Below are positions 57,451-64,000 of a DNA stretch of 64,000 bases, piece after piece (position 1 is the first letter of the stretch; every line of letters starts with the position of its first letter). This stretch comes from Christensenellales bacterium. GTDB taxonomy: Bacteria; Bacillota; Clostridia; Christensenellales; MGBC116941. The notes beneath the pieces are model-generated. The model was not told the origin of the DNA. It worked only from the letters and a program-made list of their open reading frames with translations, and ran no database searches. Made by a program: the position numbers and the translations under genes. Location: positions 22,188 through 86,187 of the forward strand of contig JBMNTP010000002.1 of the NCBI GenBank assembly GCA_050945795.1, written 5' to 3'.

Positions 57451-58492
57451 CTTAGCCGGCAGCAGCTATGACATACTTATAAAAAGCCGCCTTTTACACG
57501 AAGCCGGCAATAATATACCGCTCCCCCAAGGCAGGAAACTGGCTGTGGTATGCGACAGCAGAGTCGCCGCTCTATACTCTGACGCGGCGCTAAACGCTTT
57601 TGCTGCCGCCGGATACGAAGCATCTTTGGTAATAACTGGCGAAGGCGAAGCTTCAAAGAGCATGGATATGATTATGCGGCTGTATGATAAATTCATAGAG
57701 CTTAATATAAGCCGCGGCGACGGCATCGTCGCACTTGGCGGCGGCACAACCGGCGATTCGGCGGGATTCGCCGCTGCTACATATCTTCGCGGCGTTCCGC
57801 TTTTTATGATACCTACAACGCTGCTTTCACAAGTCGACAGCTCTGTCGGCGGCAAAACTGCTATAAATCTGCCGCAGGGCAAAAACCTTGTAGGCGCTTT
57901 TCATCAGCCTTCCGGCGTTATAATAGACACCTCCCTCCTCTCAACACTGGAACCACGCCAGTTCGCCTCCGGCATGGCAGAGGTAATAAAAACCGCCGCC
58001 ATAGCCGACGCCGAGCTTTTTAGCCAGCTGGAGAGGTTTGATAACACTGCGCTACACCAAAACCTCGATAGAGTTATAGCGCGCTGCTGTGAAATAAAAA
58101 GAGGCTATGTGCAAGACGACGCCTTAGATACCGGCGTGCGTATGCAGCTCAACTTCGGCCATACTCTCGGCCACGCAATAGAGGCGGCGGCGGGCTACGG
58201 CGAAATAACGCATGGAGAAGGCGTGGCTATAGGCATGTACGCCGCCGCGCGGTTTGGAGAAAGCGAAGGCATAACGCCGCTGGGCAGCGCCGAGCGCATA
58301 AAGGCTGTGCTGCAAAAAAACAATCTGCCGTATAAAGCGCCGCACCTTGAAGGCGTGCTGTCGGCGCTTAAAAAGGATAAAAAAGCCGGCGGCGGCGCTG
58401 TAAAGCTGGTGCTGCTTGAAAGTATTGGTCGGACCACAACGCTTGAAGTATCGCTTGATAGAGCTGCGCTACTTTGGGAGGCGGTAAAATGA
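57431..58492 (+). CDS. aroB: 3-dehydroquinate synthase
   Basis: GEASK, LGGGTTGD, PTTLLSQVDSSVGGKTAIN, KNLVGAFHQP, LNFGHTLGHAIE, HGEGVAIG. Confidence 0.96.
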   Translation: MQRIHVNLAGSSYDILIKSRLLHEAGNNIPLPQGRKLAVVCDSRVAALYSDAALNAFAAAGYEASLVITGEGEASKSMDMIMRLYDKFIELNISRGDGIVALGGGTTGDSAGFAAATYLRGVPLFMIPTTLLSQVDSSVGGKTAINLPQGKNLVGAFHQPSGVIIDTSLLSTLEPRQFASGMAEVIKTAAIADAELFSQLERFDNTALHQNLDRVIARCCEIKRGYVQDDALDTGVRMQLNFGHTLGHAIEAAAGYGEITHGEGVAIGMYAAARFGESEGITPLGSAERIKAVLQKNNLPYKAPHLEGVLSALKKDKKAGGGAVKLVLLESIGRTTTLEVSLDRAALLWEAVK

Positions 58493-59745
58493 GCATTATA
58501 ATACCTCCCGCCACTTTAAGCGGTGCGATAAAAATACAGCCTTCAAAAAGCATGACGCACCGCGCCGCTATATGCGCAGCGCTAGCGGGAAAAGGAGCAG
58601 CCGTTATAAACGCCGGCCGCTCGGAAGACACTGCCGCTACGCTCGGTGCGCTGGCCTCCCTCGGTATAGCATCTTTTAATCAAAAAGGTAATGCGCTTTA
58701 CGTATCGGAGCCAAAGCCGGGCAGTCAGGGCATAGCCGACTGCGGCGAGTCCGGCTCAACGCTGCGGTTTTTAATCCCGATAGCTCTTTTAAACGGCGGC
58801 GGCGTATTTTCAGGACGCGGCAGGCTTATGCAGCGCCCGCTCGACGTTTACCGCGATATATTCACACCTATGGGTGTTACATGGCAGCAGAAAAAAAACC
58901 ACTTAAGCATAAGCGGCAAACTTTCCCCCGGCGAATACCGGCTGCCCGGAAATGTAAGCTCGCAGTTTGTATCGGGTCTGCTGTTCGCGCTGCCGCTTAC
59001 AGCTTCCGGCTCTGTTATATCGCTTAGCGCAACTGTGGAATCGCGCGGCTATATAGATATGACGCTTGAAGCGATGTCACGCTTTGGCGTTTGGGCAGGC
59101 TGGCTGGACCAACGCACAATTGAAATACCCGGAAATCAAAGCTATAAGCCGGCCAAAATGACGGTGGAAGGCGACTACTCTCACGCCGCCTTTTTCCTAT
59201 GCGCCGGAGCTATGGGCGGAGATATAGAATGCCTCGGCCTCTCTGGCGATACCTCGCAGGGCGACAGCCGCGTTATAGAAATAATACGCTCTATGGGCGG
59301 CGACTGCGGCATAAGCGAAGATGTTGTATACTCTCGCGGCCGCGTATCGCGCGGCGCTACAATAGATGTTTCTCAAATACCCGACCTTGTGCCGGCGTTG
59401 TCGGTACTGGCCTGTGCGGCAAACGGCGTTACGAGGCTTGAAAATGCGGCGCGGCTGCGTATAAAGGAGAGCGACAGGCTTAGCGCTATGGCTGCGGGGC
59501 TGTCTAATCTTGGCGCGGATATTACAGAAGGCGAAGACTTTCTTGAAATACGCGGCAACGGAAAACTAAAAGGCGGCAGCTGCTCGGCCTGGAACGATCA
59601 TCGCATAGCCATGTCGCTAACTACGGCGGCGGCGATATGCGAAGGCGATATAATACTTGATGGTCATGAATCGGTGGCTAAATCGGCGCCGGAATTTTAT
59701 AATGAATATAAAAGCCTCGGAGGTAAAGCATATGAGCGCGAGTAG
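58489..59745 (+). CDS. aroA: 3-phosphoshikimate 1-carboxyvinyltransferase (EPSP synthase)
   Basis: PSKSMTHRA, CGESGSTLRF, SSQFVSGLL, EGDYS, RLRIKESDR, DHRIAM. Confidence 0.96.
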   Translation: MSIIIPPATLSGAIKIQPSKSMTHRAAICAALAGKGAAVINAGRSEDTAATLGALASLGIASFNQKGNALYVSEPKPGSQGIADCGESGSTLRFLIPIALLNGGGVFSGRGRLMQRPLDVYRDIFTPMGVTWQQKKNHLSISGKLSPGEYRLPGNVSSQFVSGLLFALPLTASGSVISLSATVESRGYIDMTLEAMSRFGVWAGWLDQRTIEIPGNQSYKPAKMTVEGDYSHAAFFLCAGAMGGDIECLGLSGDTSQGDSRVIEIIRSMGGDCGISEDVVYSRGRVSRGATIDVSQIPDLVPALSVLACAANGVTRLENAARLRIKESDRLSAMAAGLSNLGADITEGEDFLEIRGNGKLKGGSCSAWNDHRIAMSLTTAAAICEGDIILDGHESVAKSAPEFYNEYKSLGGKAYERE

Positions 59746-60802
59746 AGGAAGAAGCCTTCGCCTGACTATATTTGGCGAATCGCACGGATCGGCGATAGGA
59801 GCGGTGCTTGACGGCGTTCCGGCGGGAACGGTAATAGATATGGACAGCATAAGATTTGAAATGTCACGCAGGGCGTCGTCTCTTAGCATGTCTACGCCGC
59901 GTCGCGAGCCGGATATCCCCGAGATACTAAGCGGCGTACTTAACGGCCGCGCTACCGGAGCGCCTATAGCCGCCATAATCAAAAACACAGACACAAGGAG
60001 CGTTGATTACGCCGCCTTAAAAAACCTGCCCCGCCCCGGACACGCTGATTATACAGCGCATGTAAAATACTCCGGCTTTAACGACAGGCGCGGCGGCGGG
60101 CATTTTTCCGGCCGTCTTACCGCGCCGCTGGTTTTTGCCGGAGCCATAGCGCGCGCAATATTAAGCGGATTTGGCATAAGCGTTATATCTCATATATCCG
60201 AAATAGGCGGCATAAAGGACACCCCGTTTGACGCCGTAGCGCCAGCGCTGCCCGAAGGCTTTTACCAGCGCCGCTTGCCGGTTATAGATGAAACAGCCGG
60301 CCTTGACATGGCTAACGCCGTAGCCAAAGCCTCGACCGATGGCGATTCATTAGGCGGCATAGTTGAATGTGCGGCGGTTGGGCTTATCCCAGGGCTAGGC
60401 GAGCCGTTTTTCGACTCGGTTGAAAGCGTATTGTCGGCTGCGCTTTTTTCGATACCCGCCATAAAAGGCATAGAATTTGGCGCCGGCTTTGGCATGGCAA
60501 AAATGACAGGCTCCACCGCCAACGACGCTTTTATAATAAAAGACGGCGATATAGCCACCGCCACAAACAATAACGGCGGCATAAACGGAGGCATTACAAA
60601 CGGAATGCCGCTTATATTCCGCTGCGCCATAAAGCCTACGCCGTCTATATCTTCAGAGCAGCAAACTGTAAATCTTGAAACAATGCAAAAACAAACCATA
60701 TCAATATCCGGTCGCCACGACGCCTGTATAGTACCGCGCGCGCTGGCGGCAATAGAAGCGGCGACGGCGCTGTGCCTTGGCGATATGCTGCTATGGAGGT
60801 GA
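59732..60802 (+). CDS. aroC: chorismate synthase
   Basis: FGESHG, PRPGHAD, GGGHFSGR, GDSLGG, GGINGGITNG, KPTPSI, GRHD.CI. Confidence 0.96.
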   Translation: MSASRGRSLRLTIFGESHGSAIGAVLDGVPAGTVIDMDSIRFEMSRRASSLSMSTPRREPDIPEILSGVLNGRATGAPIAAIIKNTDTRSVDYAALKNLPRPGHADYTAHVKYSGFNDRRGGGHFSGRLTAPLVFAGAIARAILSGFGISVISHISEIGGIKDTPFDAVAPALPEGFYQRRLPVIDETAGLDMANAVAKASTDGDSLGGIVECAAVGLIPGLGEPFFDSVESVLSAALFSIPAIKGIEFGAGFGMAKMTGSTANDAFIIKDGDIATATNNNGGINGGITNGMPLIFRCAIKPTPSISSEQQTVNLETMQKQTISISGRHDACIVPRALAAIEAATALCLGDMLLWR

Positions 60803-60807
60803 ACGGG

Positions 60808-61935
60808 TTGAACGAACTTGACAAGCTTAGAAATAAGATAGATGAAATCGACTCTTGCCTGCTTGAGCTTTTTGAAAAGCGCATGGCGGTGTCGCGAAGC
60901 ATAGGCGAATATAAGCGCGAGCGCTCTTTGCCGGTGCTTGATGAAAATAGAGAAAAGCAGGTTATACAAAACCGGCTTGATAAAGTGCAAGATGAAAAGC
61001 TTAAGCCCGCCGCACGGGAGTTTTTTACTTCGCTTATGCGGCTTAGCAAAAATGCGCAGTATCCCCCGCCTAAAAAGCAGCCTTCCCCTTCATCCGCTGC
61101 CAGCGGCGTCGGCGTGGCTTATCAGGGTATACCCGGCTGTTACGGTGAGGAGGCGGCGCTGGCGTATTTCAAAAATGATATGACAGGTATACCTCTTAAC
61201 GATTTTGAGGCGGTTTTTCGCTCTGTAAGCGAGGGTGGCGCGCGATACGGCGTGCTGCCGCTGGAGAATTCATCCACCGGCTCCATAGCGCGCGTATACG
61301 ACCTTTTGATGCAATACGGCTGCGTCATCACCGGCGAATATTATCTGCCGGTAAATCATTGCCTTTTATGTGTGCCGGGCGCGGCGATAGAAGATATTGA
61401 GCGCATATATTCGCATGAGCAGGGGCTTTTGCAATGCTCGGCATTTTTAGCCGCATACCCAAATTGGCACCAGCTGCCGTATCATAACACTGCCGTCAGC
61501 GCCCGCCATGTCGCCGAACTTAATGACCGTTCAAACGCGGCTATAGCCGGCCGCCGCGCCGCCGAGGCATACGGTCTTGATATACTGGCAGAAGGCATAC
61601 AGACTTATGGCGGCAATTATACCCGCTTTATAGTCGTATCTAACAGCGCTAAAAACACCGGCCTTGAAAACAAAATAAGCCTGTTTTTCAGCCTTAAGCA
61701 TCAAAGCGGCACGCTGCATAGCGCGCTGTCGCATTTTGCTAATACCCGACTTAACCTTACAAAAGTTGAATCGCGCCCCGCCCCATATAAAAGCTGGGAG
61801 TATGTTTTCTTTGTCGACTTTGAAGGCAATCTATCGGGCAACGATGTTAAAGAAGCGCTTAAGGCGCTGGAAAAAGACTGTGTAGAGCTTAGAGTGCTCG
61901 GTAACTATATAGCGGGGAATAAAATAAATGAATAA
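60808..61935 (+). CDS. pheA: chorismate mutase / prephenate dehydratase (P-protein)
   Basis: AroQ-type chorismate mutase N-terminus (LRNKIDEID...R...K...RE), then YQG.PG.Y.E.A, PLENSSTG, NYTRF and ACT motif ESRP. TTG 60808 follows GGAGG. Confidence 0.94.
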   Translation: MNELDKLRNKIDEIDSCLLELFEKRMAVSRSIGEYKRERSLPVLDENREKQVIQNRLDKVQDEKLKPAAREFFTSLMRLSKNAQYPPPKKQPSPSSAASGVGVAYQGIPGCYGEEAALAYFKNDMTGIPLNDFEAVFRSVSEGGARYGVLPLENSSTGSIARVYDLLMQYGCVITGEYYLPVNHCLLCVPGAAIEDIERIYSHEQGLLQCSAFLAAYPNWHQLPYHNTAVSARHVAELNDRSNAAIAGRRAAEAYGLDILAEGIQTYGGNYTRFIVVSNSAKNTGLENKISLFFSLKHQSGTLHSALSHFANTRLNLTKVESRPAPYKSWEYVFFVDFEGNLSGNDVKEALKALEKDCVELRVLGNYIAGNKINE

Positions 61936-62443
61936 CATATACCTTACAGGACTGCCCGGCTGCGGCAAAACTACGATAGGCCACATAATATCGGATATTA
62001 CCAAAGCGCCTTTTATAGACTTAGATACCTTAATAGAAAAAAAATCGGGTATGCGCATTTATGATATATTCGAAAATTATAGCGAGATAGCGTTTCGCGA
62101 TATGGAAACCGAAGCCCTTTTTTCAACGGCATCGCTTGAAAATACAGTTATAGCAACAGGCGGCGGCGCTGTACTGCGCAGCCAAAACACCGATTTTATG
62201 AAACAGCACGGCAGCATTGTATTTATAGACCGTCCGCCAGAACAAATACTCACCGATATACAAACAGGCCCCCGTCCGCTTCTTAAAGGCGGACAGGAAG
62301 CCTTTTTAAAGCTAAGCGTTGAGCGCAGGGATATATATATATCCACCGCCTCCGCCGTTGTGCCAAACACCGGCAGCGCAAACGACTCCGCCCTTTATAT
62401 CATCAATCTTTTCCCAGACCTTTTAAAATCGCCTCGTGCATAA
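61928..62443 (+). CDS. aroK: shikimate kinase
   Basis: GLPGCGKTT, DLD..IE, FRDME, IATGGG, RPLL. Confidence 0.95.
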   Translation: MNNIYLTGLPGCGKTTIGHIISDITKAPFIDLDTLIEKKSGMRIYDIFENYSEIAFRDMETEALFSTASLENTVIATGGGAVLRSQNTDFMKQHGSIVFIDRPPEQILTDIQTGPRPLLKGGQEAFLKLSVERRDIYISTASAVVPNTGSANDSALYIINLFPDLLKSPRA

Positions 62444-63281
62444 GCTCACGAACCACCCGCGCGTCGTCTGCATTCGGCTTTATGCCGGTATATATCTCAA
62501 ACGCCAATAGCCCCTGATGTAGCAGCATAGCCGCCCCGTTAACGGTTGAAAAGCCGTATTCCTCCGCCTTTTTTAAAAGCGGCGTGTACAGCGGATGATA
62601 AACAGTTTCGCATATGACAGCATCCTTAGGAGCCTTTTTTAAAAATTCAAGGCTGTCAAAATCACCTGCCATGCCCAGCGATGTGCCGTTTATAATAACA
62701 TCGCTTTTAGCGGCATAGCGGTTAATAGTGCCGCTGTCCATATTGCCGGCTTGAGCCTTTAGCCCCGTCTTTTCTTTTATCTGCGCCGCCAGATCCCGCG
62801 CCTTTTCAACAGTGCGGTTGAGTATGCTTATGCCGCCCGCCCCCGCCCGCGCCATACTAAAAGCGATATTGCTAGCCGCGCCGCCCGCCCCCATAATAAG
62901 CACGCTACTGCCCTTAACACTCATGCCCGTCTCCTCAAGCGCAGCTATAAAGCCGCGTCCGTCTGTTGAAAAACCGTACATGCGCCCCGATTCAATTTTT
63001 ATAGTATTAACAGCGCCGCAATCGCGCGCCTCCTCTGCCATTTCATGCATAAACGGTATAACCGCCTTCTTATGCGGCATTGTCACATTTAACCCGTACA
63101 GCGATAGCGCCTCGACAATATGCCATAGCCTGTCTATGCCGCCTTCGGGTATGAATATATGCTGATACAGTGCATCTATCCCATAGCGCTCAAAAAGTGT
63201 ATTGTACATCAAAGGCGACAGGCTGTGCGCCACTGGATCGCCAATTACGCCGAATCTCTTGGTATTAAAGCCGTATTGCAT
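62403..63281 (-). CDS. aroE: shikimate dehydrogenase
   Basis: GDPVAHSLSP, NVTMPHK, GAVNT, TDGRG, GAGGAA, NRT..KA, MLLHQG. Confidence 0.95.
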   Translation of the reverse strand: MQYGFNTKRFGVIGDPVAHSLSPLMYNTLFERYGIDALYQHIFIPEGGIDRLWHIVEALSLYGLNVTMPHKKAVIPFMHEMAEEARDCGAVNTIKIESGRMYGFSTDGRGFIAALEETGMSVKGSSVLIMGAGGAASNIAFSMARAGAGGISILNRTVEKARDLAAQIKEKTGLKAQAGNMDSGTINRYAAKSDVIINGTSLGMAGDFDSLEFLKKAPKDAVICETVYHPLYTPLLKKAEEYGFSTVNGAAMLLHQGLLAFEIYTGIKPNADDARVVRELMHEAILKGLGKD

Positions 63282-63368
63282 AAAATTACCCCCAAAGTAT
63301 TATAAGCATAATATAGCATAAAACACCGTCCGTCCGCATCCCCTCATGCTTTGCATAAAACTAAACAC

Positions 63369-63397
63369 TTGCATGGCCGGATAGCTTATGCTATAAT
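63369..63397 (+). promoter_or_regulatory. sigma-A promoter upstream of tRNA-Arg
   Basis: TTGCAT-17 bp-TATAAT with TG extension. Confidence 0.7.
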
Positions 63398-63476
63398 AGT
63401 CCGGCATGGCTGAGTTTGCTTTGCCGGTTGTCCGGCCTTTTCTTGCGAACAGCCATTATAATAACATAATTCGCGT

Positions 63477-63553
63477 GTGCCCGTAGCTCAGCTGGATAGA
63501 GTGCTTGACTACGAATCAAGAGGTCACAGGTTCGAATCCTGTCGGGCACGCCA
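63477..63553 (+). tRNA. tRNA-Arg(ACG)
   Basis: Acceptor stem GTGCCCG/CGGGCAC, D-arm GCTCAGCTGGATAGAGT, anticodon arm CTTGA-CTACGAA-TCAAG, T-loop GGTTCGAATCC, encoded CCA; 77 nt. Confidence 0.97.
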
Positions 63554-63595
63554 CTTACCTTTCTTTTAGAAAAAAGAAAGGTAAGTCAAACAAAA
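63553..63595 (-). repeat. REP-like palindrome copy 4, directly after the tRNA
   Basis: ACTTACCTTTCTTTT-AGAA-AAAAGAAAGGTAAGT, preceded on the minus strand by TTTTG. Confidence 0.65.
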
Positions 63596-63600
63596 TCAAT

Positions 63601-63636
63601 TCGCGCGCTGTCTTTTGATGGTGCGCGATATTTTTT
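63601..63636 (+). terminator. intrinsic terminator of the tRNA gene
   Basis: TCGCGCGCTGTC-TTTT-GATGGTGCGCGA followed by TATTTTTT. Confidence 0.7.
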
Positions 63637-63700
63637 ATTCGCGCTCCGTTTTGCCTCTTTACAAACAATACCATATAGCTAAAACTGCCTGGCAAAAGCA

Positions 63701-63724
63701 GAAGCTCTTCGTTTGAAGAGCTTC
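63701..63724 (-). terminator. hairpin just after the stop of the terminal minus-strand gene
   Basis: GAAGCTCTTC-GTTT-GAAGAGCTTC perfect stem. Confidence 0.6.
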
Positions 63725-63725
63725 T

Positions 63726-64000
63726 CTACCAGTATATTTTATAATTTTGCAGCGGTATGCTGTCCGATACTACCTTGCATAAACGATCGACTATATCCCC
63801 CCTGCCATAGTATCGCGTCCTACCCATAGATCTGTTCGCCATAAGTATAATAGGTGTATCGCCAAAAATGTCCTCCATTTCTTCCACCGCCTGCTCACGA
63901 GCACAGGATCGTCGACAACATTACGTTTCACGCAACAAATAACGAATACCTCACCGAAGGCTCGTACATACGCGCCGGTAAATCTGATATCGCCGCTGGC
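63726..64000 (-). pseudogene. 3' part of a hypothetical protein with an apparent frameshift near 63900
   Basis: Frame A reads ..IRFTGAYVRAFGEVFVICCVKRNVVDDPVL. A different frame, blocked upstream by a stop, continues REQAVEEMEDIFGDTPIILMA...YYGRGDIV...YKIYW*. Confidence 0.5.

Noticed and set aside
158-63165. numerous antisense or nested ORFs in the six-frame track (e.g. 22390-23175, 60262-60990)
   Set aside because: They lie opposite or inside well-supported genes and have Ser/Pro/Ala-rich shadow-ORF composition without motifs.
63477-63600. island integrated at tRNA-Arg
   Set aside because: No integrase or duplicated tRNA 3' end is visible in the remaining 450 bp, and a normal terminator follows.

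Overview
Chromosomal window from a Clostridia-type Firmicute, in five parts. (1) 1-15.6 kb looks like a decayed genomic island abutting the 3' end of guaA. It carries a partial pyruvate:ferredoxin oxidoreductase and a kinase-free sugar-utilisation locus: ribose-type ABC transporter, LacI::solute-binding fusion regulator, RhaM-family mutarotase, D-lyxose-type isomerase, HSD17B14-like SDR, cyclase-family hydrolase and YdjG-like aldo/keto reductase. An eroded SDR and a truncated ICE-type XRE regulator are also present. (2) A housekeeping run glmS-gatCAB-pyrG-guaA on the minus strand. (3) A tightly coupled minus-strand operon: two small ORFs, Sfp PPTase, bimodular C-A-T-C-A-T-R NRPS, 7TM/PAS histidine kinase and REC-GAF-HD-GYP protein, divergent from an ABC exporter. 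This is a candidate NRPS-made signal wired to c-di-GMP turnover. (4) Mixed transport and metabolic genes, an intergenic 80-bp tandem array bracketed by REP-like palindromes, then lysC, purL and a dnaD/dnaC pair. (5) The aroF-tyrA-aroB-aroA-aroC-pheA-aroK operon, preceded by a 43-aa Phe/Tyr-rich leader ORF (absent from the ORF track) with mutually exclusive antiterminator/terminator hairpins; then aroE, tRNA-Arg(ACG) and a frameshifted gene at the window end. All calls come from reading motifs by eye and from recalled family knowledge; no database searches or folding programs were run.
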